From an uncultured Myxococcales bacterium (GTDB lineage: Bacteria; Myxococcota_A; Polyangia; GCA-2747355; CAZCFB01), in the NCBI GenBank assembly GCA_964511535.1, contig CAZEFW010000002.1, positions 818 through 64,817 on the forward strand: a stretch of DNA of 64,000 bases. The letters are read 5' to 3'. A program made the translations under genes and the position numbers. Positions within the stretch are counted from its first letter, which is position 1; every line of letters starts with the position of its first letter. Under the pieces are notes generated by a model that saw only the letters and a program-made list of their open reading frames with translations, did no database searches and was not told where the DNA came from. This document shows, piece after piece, positions 53,403-63,290 of this stretch.

Positions 53403-54446
53403 ATGGACTCGTCGCGCGCCGCATGGATGTTCCTCGCGCTCTGCCTCGGCCTGCTCACGCCCGGCATGGCGCGGGCCGGGTGCGAAAAGGACACCGACTG
53501 CAAGGGCGACCGCATCTGCGAGGCTGGCCGCTGCACGGCGCCGTCCCGAGGCGGCGCTCGCCCGGAGCCGGGGTCCTGGGTCCCTCCGGACGGCATGCCG
53601 CCGCCCCCCGAGGCGCCGCCGCTCTGTACCACCGACGCCGACTGCGGAGAAGGCAAGCAGTGCAAGGACGGCGAGTGTCGGCCCGGCAAGCCCGCCGGCG
53701 CAGCCACCGGCCCGCGGAAGACCGGGCCGGTGTTTGCCACGAAGAAGGCCCGCTACACCCCTGGCCAGATCAAGGCCCTCCGGGCGGCGGGGTGCCCGCT
53801 CGACAGCGCCAGCGCCCTGATGGCGGATCGCCTGGCCGACCGTGGCTTCGCCCCGCGCGACTTCATCAGGGCCTGCAAGGAGGACCGCACCCTGCGGCAG
53901 ACCCTGCCCGAGACGCGGCGCTTCCCCCGCGGCACGGTGGAGACCCTCGCCGCCGCCCGCGCCCTGGGCCTGGATACCACCCGCCGGCGCGCCTTGCTGG
54001 TGCTGCGCCACGGCGACGGTCGCCCGCTGACCGACGCCTACAACCGCGCGGCCATCGGCGGCCATGTCACCGAGGTGGTTGGCTGGTCGCTGGGCGGAGC
54101 CGGCGCCGCGGCGCTGCTCACCGGGCTGATCCTTATCCCGGTCTGGGTCGACCACGCGGAGGAGGGCGCCGGCGTGCCCCTGGACCGGGAAGGCTACGGC
54201 GTGGCGAGCATCGTGCTCATGGCCACGGGCAGCGCGCTGCTCATCGCCGGGGCGCCGGCCCTGGTCATGGGCCGGCAGAAGCAGAAGACCTGGCTCCCCC
54301 CGGGGACGCTGGAGAAGGAGGACGCCAAGCAGATGCGCGCTCGCGCCCGCAAAAGAAAGCTCACCTCCGCCCGGGGCCCCCGCTTCACCATCGCCCCTGC
54401 GTTGTACGGCCGCGGCGCGGGGCTGGGGCTGGTGGGCGTGTTCTGA
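53403..54446 (+). CDS. secreted Cys-rich protein with C-terminal TM helices (hypothetical)
   Basis: Signal MDSSRAAWMFLALCLGLLTPGMARAGC. CxxDxDCxxxxxCxxGxC repeats. Two C-terminal TM helices. Confidence 0.45.
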   Translation: MDSSRAAWMFLALCLGLLTPGMARAGCEKDTDCKGDRICEAGRCTAPSRGGARPEPGSWVPPDGMPPPPEAPPLCTTDADCGEGKQCKDGECRPGKPAGAATGPRKTGPVFATKKARYTPGQIKALRAAGCPLDSASALMADRLADRGFAPRDFIRACKEDRTLRQTLPETRRFPRGTVETLAAARALGLDTTRRRALLVLRHGDGRPLTDAYNRAAIGGHVTEVVGWSLGGAGAAALLTGLILIPVWVDHAEEGAGVPLDREGYGVASIVLMATGSALLIAGAPALVMGRQKQKTWLPPGTLEKEDAKQMRARARKRKLTSARGPRFTIAPALYGRGAGLGLVGVF

Positions 54447-56123
54447 TCACACCGCGTTGGGGAACATCACGCTGAAGGCGAGCCACGCCATGGCCAGGGT
54501 GAGCAGCAGGTTGAAGCTCTGGCCCACCACGTAGAGCAACATCGGCTTGCCCCCCTCCATCTGCGCGGCCAGCTCCTTGAAGTTGGACTCCAGGCCGATG
54601 GAGACGAACGCCAGGCAGAAGAACCAGCCGCGCAGCGGGTTGGTCACCGCCTTGAGCACCCCCTTCTCCACCAGTTTAATCCCGTCGCCCTCGAACAGCG
54701 CGGCGAACAGCGGCGACAGCACGAAGGAGAAGAGCACCGACGCCGCCACGAACCCGACGATGAACTTGGGGAACCGGACCCAGATCTGCCGCAGGCCGGG
54801 CCGCGGGGCGTCCGCGACCCGCTCCACCGACGTGATCCAGTAGAGCGCCACGCAGAACCCCACAACGCCGATGAGCACGTTCTGGATCATCTTGACCACT
54901 GCGGCCACGGTCTCGGCCCTGGGGCCAAGGAACGCCCCCGCCGCCACCACCGCGCCGGTGGAGTCGATGGTGCCGCCCATCCAGGCGCCGCCCAGCACCG
55001 GGTCCATTCCCACCGCGTGGATCAGCATCGGCATGAAGATCATCATCAGCACGGTGAAGATCAGGGTCATGCCCACGCCGAGGGTCAGCTCCTCCTTCTT
55101 GGCCCGGGTGGCCGCCGCGGCGGCGATGGCCGCCGACACCCCGCACACCGACGTGGCGCAGGCGATGATCATCACCAGCGGCTTGCTCACCATGCGCAGC
55201 ACCCGGGTGCCGAAGATCCACATGAAGATGATCACCGTGGGGGTCACGATCCAGGCCACCATCAGCCCGGGCACGCCGATGCTGAGGATCTTGCCGAACA
55301 GGATCTCCGCGCCCAGCAGCACCAAACCCGTCTTGATGTACATCTCGGTGCGCACCGCCGGCTTGAGCCACCCCGGGGTGCCCACGGTGTTGGAGACCAG
55401 CAACCCCATCACCAGGGCCCAGGCCGCGTAGCTCAGCCCGTACGACTTGCTCACGCCGTTGGTGGCGAAGACGAAGGACGCCACCGCCATGATGAACAGC
55501 ACCACGAACCCCAGCGCGTAGCGTCCCGGATCCTGGCCCATCACCTTCACCCCGACCAGGGTGAGCAGCAGGATGCACAGGGCCGACACCAGCAGCGGGG
55601 TGGCGATGCTCCGGTGCCGCTGGGCCACCACGGTCACCTTGCCCCGACCGACGGTGGTGTCCCCCGACGGGAGCACCTGGGAGACATACGCCCGCGCGCC
55701 GAGCCCGTCCGGGTCCGGCTGCTCCTTGCTCAGCTTCAGCGCGGCGTCGCCGCCGGCCAGCAGGGTCTTGACCGAGATGGTCTGGTCGTCAGCCTGCCGC
55801 GCCGAGGCGACCCTCAACCGCACGCCCGCGCTCTCGCGCAGCACGCTGGCCCGGGCCAGGGGCGCGTCGGCGTTGATGCGCGCGGCGAGCTGGCTCAGGG
55901 TGGCCGGCGCCTTCAGCTCGATCTTGACCTTCTTCGCGGCGACGAACGCGTCGGCCGGGTTGGACCGCCACTTGCCCAGCTTGGGCACCTTCTTCGCCGA
56001 GAGGCTGCCCGACAGGGCCAGCGCCCCGAGCGCGGTGGCCGCCAGCAGGATCGCGAGCCCGAACCAGACCGTCCACCAGTCCTCCTGGGTCAGCAGGGGA
56101 GAGCGCCGCTTGTCGTCGGTCAT
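54447..56123 (-). CDS. polytopic membrane transporter, YeiH/UPF0324 (putative sulfate exporter)-like with N-terminal soluble extension (tentative)
   Basis: Ten or more hydrophobic helices, Gly-rich re-entrant motifs, 558 aa. Confidence 0.4.
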   Translation of the reverse strand: MTDDKRRSPLLTQEDWWTVWFGLAILLAATALGALALSGSLSAKKVPKLGKWRSNPADAFVAAKKVKIELKAPATLSQLAARINADAPLARASVLRESAGVRLRVASARQADDQTISVKTLLAGGDAALKLSKEQPDPDGLGARAYVSQVLPSGDTTVGRGKVTVVAQRHRSIATPLLVSALCILLLTLVGVKVMGQDPGRYALGFVVLFIMAVASFVFATNGVSKSYGLSYAAWALVMGLLVSNTVGTPGWLKPAVRTEMYIKTGLVLLGAEILFGKILSIGVPGLMVAWIVTPTVIIFMWIFGTRVLRMVSKPLVMIIACATSVCGVSAAIAAAAATRAKKEELTLGVGMTLIFTVLMMIFMPMLIHAVGMDPVLGGAWMGGTIDSTGAVVAAGAFLGPRAETVAAVVKMIQNVLIGVVGFCVALYWITSVERVADAPRPGLRQIWVRFPKFIVGFVAASVLFSFVLSPLFAALFEGDGIKLVEKGVLKAVTNPLRGWFFCLAFVSIGLESNFKELAAQMEGGKPMLLYVVGQSFNLLLTLAMAWLAFSVMFPNAV

Positions 56124-56347
56124 GGGCCTGCTCCGGAGGCGCGGCGGGGCGGGGCCTCGAACTCGGCACACTCGCCGGCGTCCATCGGGTCGAGGAACGT
56201 CCCGTGGGCCCCGCAGATGCCCGCCTCGCCCCGCGCGGCGGAGTAGGCCGAGCCGAAGGTGGTGATGTAGGGGAACTCGGCCTCGATGACGCCGGGGTCA
56301 TCCTCGAAGTGGCGACAGCTGAGGCAGGTCAGCCTGGGCCGGCTCAT
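56120..56347 (-). CDS. small Cys-rich protein (~75 aa), overlaps transporter start (ATGA)
   Basis: MSRPRLTCLSCRHF...GICG...C. It sits between the FG-GAP lipoprotein and the transporter on the same strand. Confidence 0.3.
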   Translation of the reverse strand: MSRPRLTCLSCRHFEDDPGVIEAEFPYITTFGSAYSAARGEAGICGAHGTFLDPMDAGECAEFEAPPRRASGAGP

Positions 56348-56355
56348 GGCCCGGG

Positions 56356-58998
56356 TTACCGGCACGGCGTGTAGGTCACGCTGCCGCAGCCGTTGTTGAG
56401 CCGCACGCGGTTGCCCTTGGTGCCCACGACCGTGGCGCTGCCCAGGCACTGCAGCGACACCGGGGAGAAGCGCGGGTGGGACGTGCCGTGGCACAGGTTG
56501 GTGTTGTTCATGGTGCTGGAGCCCCCCTCCAGGGAGAGACCCACGCCCTGCACCTGGTTCTTGACCGTCACGTTGCTCATGCGCGGCCCCTTGGTGACGC
56601 TGCTGGCCACGCGCACGCCGTACAGCTGCGGGTCGTGGACAACGACGTCAGCCAGCACCGCGCTTTCGGCCTCCACGCTCACGCCGGTGTGGAACCCCAT
56701 GACGCCGGACAGGTTCTTGATCTCCACGCCGTTGGAGCCAGCCAGGATGCGCACCCCGCTGGCCGGATTGTCCCACAGGTTGCCCATGATGGCCGCGGCG
56801 TACGGCTCGGATCCGCTGCCCTGCTTGGCGGTGGTCTGGGTCAGGGTCTTGCTGCTGGCGATGTAGGTGTGGAAGTTGATCCGCTGCAGCGTGCTGGTGC
56901 CCGAGATGTAGGAGTGGCTGCCCACGACGTCGAGGTCGCCGTCGTTGTCCAGGTCGCGGATCGACAGCCCGTTGACCAGCCCCGGCGAGGTGGTGGTGTG
57001 CGCCAGCACGAAGGCGTTGCTGCTCACGATCTTGTTCAGGTACAGCTCCAGCGGCTTGGACTGCGACTTGGTGGCCACCAGCAGGTCCGGGAAACCGTCA
57101 TCGTCGAAGTCGGCCACGCGCGCGAACCGGATCCCGCTGCCGGGTAAGACCGAAGCGGAGATGGCGGAGAAACCGCCCTTCTTGTTATTGATCAGGAAGC
57201 CGATGGAGAGGATCTCGCCGGTGGTCTTGCTGGTCCAGTACAGCACGATATCAGTCCAGCCGTCGCCGTTGATATCCAGGGCGTCCAGCGGGAGGGCGGC
57301 CCCCATGGAGAGGACGTATTTGGTGCCGAAGTTGAGCGTCGCGCTGCCGGCGATGGTGTCGTTTTTATAAATGTACAGGCCGGTGGTGGTGCCGACCTTC
57401 TCCCCGAGCACCAGGTCCCACTTGTTGTCTCCGGTCAGCTCGGCCACGATGGCGCGGTGGCCCCGAGCAGGCGCGGACTTGCTCCACCCCGTGGTGAAGC
57501 TGAGCGACTTGCCGATCTTGGAGTCGTTGAGCTCCACGTGGTAGTTGCCCGGCATGGCGGCGCCCAGGTACAGGTTGGAGGCCACCAGGTCGATCTTGTG
57601 GTCGCCGTTGAAGTCGCCGAGGTCCAGGTGCCGGGTCTCGATCCCACCCTTGGCCGAATAGAGCGGCGCGAAGCCGCCCTTGCCGTTCCCCTGGTACAGC
57701 TGGCTCGCGCCCCCGCCGCCGGCCAGCCACAGGTCCTTTATCCCGTCGCGATCAAAGTCCAGCAGCCGCGGGTTGCGATAGGCGACGTTGGATCCGGTCA
57801 GCAGCAGGGAGGTCGGCTTGGCCGAGTCGAAGGCGCCGCCCCCCTTGGCCCGAAATACTCTGGACTGCGCCTTGATTGCGGTGGTCACCAGGTCCACCAG
57901 CCCGTCGCCGTCCACGTCTCCAACGGTGAACAGCGGCAGGTGCTGCTCCTGGCCGCCCGCGCCGTTGACCCAGGGTCCGCCCGGCTTGGTGGTGGCAGAG
58001 CCGTTGCGCGAAACCGTGTGCGCCGTCGTGGTCCCCTGGTGGTAGATCACGTCCCGGTAGCGCGTGGACTTGATCACCTTCTTGTTGCCGTCGAGCAGCA
58101 CGTTGTCCTTGTTGATCACCAAACAGTCGCCGGCCTTGGTCTGGGTGATGTCGCTCATCAGCCGGTAGCGGGTGTTGGCATTCCAGGCCACCGAGCAGTT
58201 GTAGATCTTCTGCACCACGTAGGTGAAGTACGTGTTGTTCTTTGCGCTCCACCCCGCGCTGTTGACGCACCGCACGTACCAGCTGTGGCTGCCCTCGGAC
58301 ATGGCGCTGTTCGCGTAGGAGATGACCACGTTGCCGCTCTGGGTAATGGGGCCGGCCTTGGTTTTCACCTTCTTGCTGTCCAGGAACAGCTCGCACGACG
58401 CGACCTTGGTGGCGCTCTTGACGTTGAAGGTGAAGTTGATGACCCATGCCGACACGTAGACCGTACCCGCGCCCGCCGGGTACAGCGGCGTGACCACCGG
58501 CGGTCCGGGGGTCTTGTCAGGCTTGGGCGGCGCCTGGTCCTGAGGGGCCAGGTCCGGCAGCGGGGCTTTCTGATCCGGGACCTTCAGGTCAGGCACGGCC
58601 TGATCCGGGACCTGCTTGTCCGGCGCGGCCTTGTCCAGCTGATTCAGGTCCCGCGCACGCATGTCCGCCGCGGGCAGGTCTGCCATGGGCAGGTCCGCCG
58701 CGAGCCTGTCCGGCCTCGGCGCGTCCGACATGGCCTGATCCGGCTTCGGGCCGTCGGCCAGGCCATCCGCAGCGGCGTCCCGAAGGTCCGGCTTCACGCC
58801 CAGGTCCAGCGTGGTCCCGTCCTCCACGCAGATGTTGTCCTTGCCCTTGCGCTTGTGGCAGCTGTAGCCCGATGGGCAGTCGTCGCCGTCGTTGCAAGTG
58901 AACGCCCCGACGCTGTAGTCGGGGTCGAAGCAGCCCGCTGCCGCCACGGCGATGCAGCAGCCGAGCAGCCCTGGAAGGATGAACCGGAAATGAGCCAT
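56356..58998 (-). CDS. large lipoprotein with FG-GAP/VCBS-type repeats and right-handed beta-helix region
   Basis: Lipobox AAAGCF. Repeated DxDxDGxxDL (DVDGDGLVDL, DFDRDGIKDL, DFNGDHKIDL, DFDDDGFPDL, DLDNDGDLDV). The Pro/Asp/Gln low-complexity linker resembles that of the 35081 gene. Confidence 0.6.
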   Translation of the reverse strand: MAHFRFILPGLLGCCIAVAAAGCFDPDYSVGAFTCNDGDDCPSGYSCHKRKGKDNICVEDGTTLDLGVKPDLRDAAADGLADGPKPDQAMSDAPRPDRLAADLPMADLPAADMRARDLNQLDKAAPDKQVPDQAVPDLKVPDQKAPLPDLAPQDQAPPKPDKTPGPPVVTPLYPAGAGTVYVSAWVINFTFNVKSATKVASCELFLDSKKVKTKAGPITQSGNVVISYANSAMSEGSHSWYVRCVNSAGWSAKNNTYFTYVVQKIYNCSVAWNANTRYRLMSDITQTKAGDCLVINKDNVLLDGNKKVIKSTRYRDVIYHQGTTTAHTVSRNGSATTKPGGPWVNGAGGQEQHLPLFTVGDVDGDGLVDLVTTAIKAQSRVFRAKGGGAFDSAKPTSLLLTGSNVAYRNPRLLDFDRDGIKDLWLAGGGGASQLYQGNGKGGFAPLYSAKGGIETRHLDLGDFNGDHKIDLVASNLYLGAAMPGNYHVELNDSKIGKSLSFTTGWSKSAPARGHRAIVAELTGDNKWDLVLGEKVGTTTGLYIYKNDTIAGSATLNFGTKYVLSMGAALPLDALDINGDGWTDIVLYWTSKTTGEILSIGFLINNKKGGFSAISASVLPGSGIRFARVADFDDDGFPDLLVATKSQSKPLELYLNKIVSSNAFVLAHTTTSPGLVNGLSIRDLDNDGDLDVVGSHSYISGTSTLQRINFHTYIASSKTLTQTTAKQGSGSEPYAAAIMGNLWDNPASGVRILAGSNGVEIKNLSGVMGFHTGVSVEAESAVLADVVVHDPQLYGVRVASSVTKGPRMSNVTVKNQVQGVGLSLEGGSSTMNNTNLCHGTSHPRFSPVSLQCLGSATVVGTKGNRVRLNNGCGSVTYTPCR

Positions 58999-59076
58999 GA
59001 CGTCCTCGACACCCCAGTTTGTGGCTTTGGTTCGGCCCGAATTATAGAACATCTGGGGGGAAAAGGTGCCGGGGCC

Positions 59077-60960
59077 TCACTCCAGCCGCAGATGGCTGGC
59101 GCGCCGGGCGCCAAAGGTGGCCCTGAGCAGCAGGGCGGCGGTGTCGGCCTTGACGCCCTTTTCTTCAAGAGAGTCGCTGGGCCGGAGCAGCACGGTGGCC
59201 TCGGCGCCGGGGCCGAGCTCGAGCTGGGCGCCCTTGCCTGACACATGCGGCAGCTTCTCCACCTTCGACCCTGCGAGCGTGGCGTAAGGTTCGAGCTTGA
59301 TGGTCACCGGGTCGCCCGTGAGGAACTCCAGCTGCTTGACCCGTCCCAGCGCCGGATCATCACGCACCAGGAGCGCCTGCTTGCCGCGGTTCTGCACCCG
59401 CGCCAGGACCACGCAGCCGATGTTCTTCAGGTAGTTGACCCCGGGCATGGGGTAGACATACTCCTTCTCCTGCTTCTTCAGCTCGTCGCCGCAGATCAGC
59501 CCTGCAAGCTGCAGCGCCAGCCGCCCCTCGTCCAGCGGCGCCCAGCCGTCCCGCGTGATCTTCACCCGCCGCCGGTCATAGCGGCCCTGCAGCAGGTAGG
59601 TGCCGTCGGCAGGGGCCACGTAGACCGCCTCCGCCTCATCCCCCGGCTTGAGCACGGGGTCGTCCTGCGGGTCCACCACGCGTCCGCGCCGCCCAACGAC
59701 GCCGACGGCGCGCGCCTTCTCTGCCACGCCATCCACGCGGATCAGGCGAAAATCCTCCAGCCGCTTGCCCAGGTTGTGGCTGAACACCGACAGCGCGATG
59801 GGGCCGGGGCTGGCCGCGTTTCGCCAGCGCACGTGGAACACGCAGTCGTCGGCCAGGGCCGCGCGCGCTTTCTTGTCCAGGCCGCGGGCGTACAGCCGCC
59901 GGTAGGGGCCCAGCTTGCGCTTGCCGCACAGCTTCTTGACCTGCTTCGCCTGCAGCTCGCCGTCGAGCATGGTGGCCCAGGCGCCGGGCGCGGGCAGGGT
60001 GGCGCGGGTCTGATGGAGCAGGCGCTTCAGCTCGGCGTCGAAGCGCGCCACGATGGCCTGCAGCCGCTTGACCCGCTTGTTGATTCGAGGGTCGTCCCAG
60101 CCCACCAGGGCCGCGGCCTGATCGATGCGGCCGCGCAGGAAGTCACCGTGGGCAGCGGGGCCGATCTCGTGAGTCAGGCCCCGGCCAGGCAGGTGCGGAT
60201 GGTACCTGTCGTCGTAAGTCTCCAGCTCGGCGTCCAGCTTCTTCAACTTCTCGGCCAGCTGTGCCTCCAGCCAGGGCCTGGGCAGTACCCGGCACTCGGC
60301 GGCCGCGCGCTCCCCCCGAGCCCTGATCGGCGTCGCGCCGTCAAAGGCGAGGGTCAGCTGCTCGATGGCCTTCACCGTCATGACGTCCCGGTCGAAGACG
60401 TTGATCACCAGGGCGTCCCCCCGGGCCATCTTCGCCAGCGGCACCGTGAAGAACATCCGGTTGGTGTCCTCCTTGCCCCGGGCCGTGGTGACCAGCCCCG
60501 GCGCGCTGCTGGCAGGCTTGACCGCGGCCGCCGCCAGCAGGTCCGCCTCGGCGAACGCGCCCGGCTCGATGAGCTGCACCCCCTTCTTCTCGAAGAACTT
60601 CCCTGCCTCCAGCCGGCAGGCCAGCAGGGCGTCGGCGATGCTCTCCAGCTGGCCGGGCTTCTCGTCGGCGGCGTCGAACAGCTCGCCTGGCGAGTGAGGC
60701 TGCGGCGCGTACTCCGGGCGCTGCTTGATTCGCGGCCAGCGCATCCACCACCCGGGCGCGGCCGCCTTGCTCGCGGCGGGGCTGCCCAGCTGCGCGGGCG
60801 CCGGCTCGGCTGGGGGCTTGGCCGGCTCCGGGGCAGAGGCCGGCTTGGCAGGCTGCTGCTCCTGCGGTGGATCGGGGACGGGCGCCATGGGCACCGCGGC
60901 GGGACCGCAGGCGGCGGCCGCCACGGTGAGGGCGAGCGACGCTGATCTGAACCAGTTCAT
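59077..60960 (-). CDS. hypothetical lipoprotein
   Basis: MNWFRSASLALTVAAAACG lipobox, Pro/Ala-rich linker. Confidence 0.45.
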   Translation of the reverse strand: MNWFRSASLALTVAAAACGPAAVPMAPVPDPPQEQQPAKPASAPEPAKPPAEPAPAQLGSPAASKAAAPGWWMRWPRIKQRPEYAPQPHSPGELFDAADEKPGQLESIADALLACRLEAGKFFEKKGVQLIEPGAFAEADLLAAAAVKPASSAPGLVTTARGKEDTNRMFFTVPLAKMARGDALVINVFDRDVMTVKAIEQLTLAFDGATPIRARGERAAAECRVLPRPWLEAQLAEKLKKLDAELETYDDRYHPHLPGRGLTHEIGPAAHGDFLRGRIDQAAALVGWDDPRINKRVKRLQAIVARFDAELKRLLHQTRATLPAPGAWATMLDGELQAKQVKKLCGKRKLGPYRRLYARGLDKKARAALADDCVFHVRWRNAASPGPIALSVFSHNLGKRLEDFRLIRVDGVAEKARAVGVVGRRGRVVDPQDDPVLKPGDEAEAVYVAPADGTYLLQGRYDRRRVKITRDGWAPLDEGRLALQLAGLICGDELKKQEKEYVYPMPGVNYLKNIGCVVLARVQNRGKQALLVRDDPALGRVKQLEFLTGDPVTIKLEPYATLAGSKVEKLPHVSGKGAQLELGPGAEATVLLRPSDSLEEKGVKADTAALLLRATFGARRASHLRLE

Positions 60961-61003
60961 GGGGGCATTATGCGTGAGGAGCCCGCTGCACCGCCACCCG
61001 GCG

Positions 61004-61906
61004 CTACCTCCCCATCAGGCCCGACCGAATCACGACCCGCACCAGCGGGTTGCGCCCGGACTGCATGCCGCGGAAGAACATGCAGGTCAGCGAGGGGTAG
61101 CGCTTGCGGTTGCGGATGGTGCGCCCGTCGCGCAGCGCCGCCTTGAGGGTGGCCAGGGGGACGCCGCGCCAGGCCTCCGGATCCACCTCGACGCTGGTGG
61201 TGTTCCGGGCCAGGTCCGGGGCGTGGGAGTCGTTGCCGGTGATGCCGGCCCGTCCGTGTCGCGCCCTGAACCCGGCGGCCTCATCATTCGGGGCCCGCCA
61301 GGCCGGCGTGGTCAGCCGGTGGAACAGGGCGCGCACCCCGTTGTGCTCCTCGTAAGCGTCCAGGCAACCCCGCGCCAGCTCCTCGGCGAAGCGCCGCTCG
61401 CCCAGCCCCTCGTCACGCGCCAGCCCGGTCTCCTCGTCCCAGGGGTGCGGCGCGATGAGCAGGACATCGTCGCGGCCCAGGGCAGGGTTCAGCTCGAGGA
61501 CCCGCGCCAGCGGCAGCACCCGCGGCTTGTGGTTGCGATAATCCGCGGTGTATTCGCCTCCCGCCGTGCGGCAGTTCTTCACCTCGCCCGTGTCCCCCAC
61601 CACGATGACCTCCCCCTCGAGGGTGGTCAGCTCGTTGGTCCGCGCCAGCAACACCCTGGCCCCCGTGGAGGGCCGCCGCACCTCCATCAGCCCGTCGTCC
61701 AGATCTTCGCACCGGTACCGGGGGCCGAGGAGTCGCCCGCGCTGTCGCCTGAACAGGTCAAAGGGCTCGCTCGAGTTGTGGTACAGCAGGCCGATCAGGT
61801 CCACGCCGGCGTCCAGCGCCACGCGCACGCCGCGCGCCACCGACCCGGCCGGGTCGACGAAGGAGGCGTGGTTGTGGAAGGAGAATGAGACGCGGCGGGC
61901 CGGCAT
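61004..61906 (-). CDS. PHP-domain metal-dependent phosphoesterase-like protein
   Basis: FSFHNHASF and TGNDSHAPD resemble PHP motifs I and IV. Confidence 0.5.
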   Translation of the reverse strand: MPARRVSFSFHNHASFVDPAGSVARGVRVALDAGVDLIGLLYHNSSEPFDLFRRQRGRLLGPRYRCEDLDDGLMEVRRPSTGARVLLARTNELTTLEGEVIVVGDTGEVKNCRTAGGEYTADYRNHKPRVLPLARVLELNPALGRDDVLLIAPHPWDEETGLARDEGLGERRFAEELARGCLDAYEEHNGVRALFHRLTTPAWRAPNDEAAGFRARHGRAGITGNDSHAPDLARNTTSVEVDPEAWRGVPLATLKAALRDGRTIRNRKRYPSLTCMFFRGMQSGRNPLVRVVIRSGLMGR

Positions 61907-63289
61907 TCAGCTGAGGCTTCCCCGCAGGCGCTCGCGGAAGGCGCCCATGCGCTCCCAGTTGCTGCGGCACCAGGCGTCGGCGCTGGCGCAGCGCTGGTCA
62001 AGCCGGTCGAGGCCCGGCTCGCCCATGGAGCCGAGGGTGCGGTAGGCCCCGATGCGGTCCTGCACGAAGGCCGCGTCCACCTCCACCCGGTCGAGCCGGT
62101 CCATGGCCGCGCGGTAGGCGTCCCGGAAGGGCACGCCCTCGTTCATGCTCTGCTCCAGGGCCAGGTCGGCCGCGTAGATCTCCTCGGTGCACGACGCGGC
62201 CATGGCGTCGGCGTCGAAGGTCACGGCGTCCACGGTGCGGGTCATGATGGCCAGGCTCTCGATGACCGCGGCCAGGCCCCGGGCCAGGGGCGCCTTGAGC
62301 AGCTGGTAGTCGCGGTTGTAGCCCGAGGGCAGCTTGCTGGCCACGCGCCGCACCTCGGCGGCGGCGCCGGCCACGGTGCCCTCACGGGCCCGCACCAGCT
62401 CCAGCACGTCGGGGTTGCGCTTCTGGGGCATGATGCTCGAGCCGGTGGTCACCTCGTCGGGCAGCCGGGCGAAGCCGTACTCCGGCGTGCAGAACAGGAT
62501 CAGATCCGTGGCCAGCCGGGCCAGCGATGACTGGATCGACTCCAGCGCGTGCAGCGCGGCGGCTTCGTGCTTGCCCCGGCTGTTCTGGCAGTACAGGGCG
62601 TTGACCTGCACCCGCTTGAAGGCCAGCAGCTCGGCGGTGTACTCGCGGTCCAGCGGCACCACGGAGCCGAACCCGGCGGCGCTACCCAGGGGGCACTGGT
62701 CGTTGAGGTCCAGCGCCGCGGCCAGCTGAAGCTGGTCGTCCAGCAGCGCCGAGGCGTGGGCGCCGAGGAACACGGCCAGGGTGGTGGGCATGGCCGGCTG
62801 GGTGTGGCTGTAGCCCCGCATGGGCAGCGCTACCCCCTGGTGGGCGCGGATCAGCAGCGCCCGGGTCAGGGCGCTCAGGTGCCCTGACGCCTCCAGCAGC
62901 CGCTCACGCGTGAACAGCCGCACCGCCGTGAGCACCTGATCGTTGCGCGAGCGGCCGGTGTGGATCTTCTTGCCCAGGTCGCCCAGGACCCCGGTGAGGT
63001 GCTGCTCGATTGCGGTGTGGCAGTCCTCCTGCTCCACCGAGATCGGGACGCCCTCGGCGCGGTGGCGCTCCAGCAGCGCCAGCAGCTCCGCCTGCAGCAG
63101 CGCCAGCTCCTCGCTGCTCAGCACCCCCGCCCGGCGCAGGGCCGCCGCGTGGGCCACCGAGGCCCAGCAGTCGTACTCCAGGATCTGCTGGTCCACCTGA
63201 GGATCGTCACCGACGGTGAAGGCCTCCACCATCGCCGCCAGCTCGCGGTCGCCGCCGCCGCCGCCCTTGTCCCAGAGCTTGCCCGCCAT
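61907..63289 (-). CDS. argH: argininosuccinate lyase
   Basis: GSSIMPQKRNPDVLELVR fumarate-lyase signature. Start chosen at MAGKLWDKGGG, 1 nt after the argG stop. Confidence 0.9.
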   Translation of the reverse strand: MAGKLWDKGGGGGDRELAAMVEAFTVGDDPQVDQQILEYDCWASVAHAAALRRAGVLSSEELALLQAELLALLERHRAEGVPISVEQEDCHTAIEQHLTGVLGDLGKKIHTGRSRNDQVLTAVRLFTRERLLEASGHLSALTRALLIRAHQGVALPMRGYSHTQPAMPTTLAVFLGAHASALLDDQLQLAAALDLNDQCPLGSAAGFGSVVPLDREYTAELLAFKRVQVNALYCQNSRGKHEAAALHALESIQSSLARLATDLILFCTPEYGFARLPDEVTTGSSIMPQKRNPDVLELVRAREGTVAGAAAEVRRVASKLPSGYNRDYQLLKAPLARGLAAVIESLAIMTRTVDAVTFDADAMAASCTEEIYAADLALEQSMNEGVPFRDAYRAAMDRLDRVEVDAAFVQDRIGAYRTLGSMGEPGLDRLDQRCASADAWCRSNWERMGAFRERLRGSLS

Positions 63290-63290
63290 C

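Noticed and set aside
52814-53740. Full 308-aa minus ORF and the overlapping 210-aa plus ORF 52721..53353
   Set aside because: The N-terminal 150 aa are Gly/Ser/Pro/Ala low-complexity, and the plus ORF is His/Arg/Pro-rich. Only the C-terminal 159-aa portion with a TM helix looks protein-like, and it is kept at low confidence.
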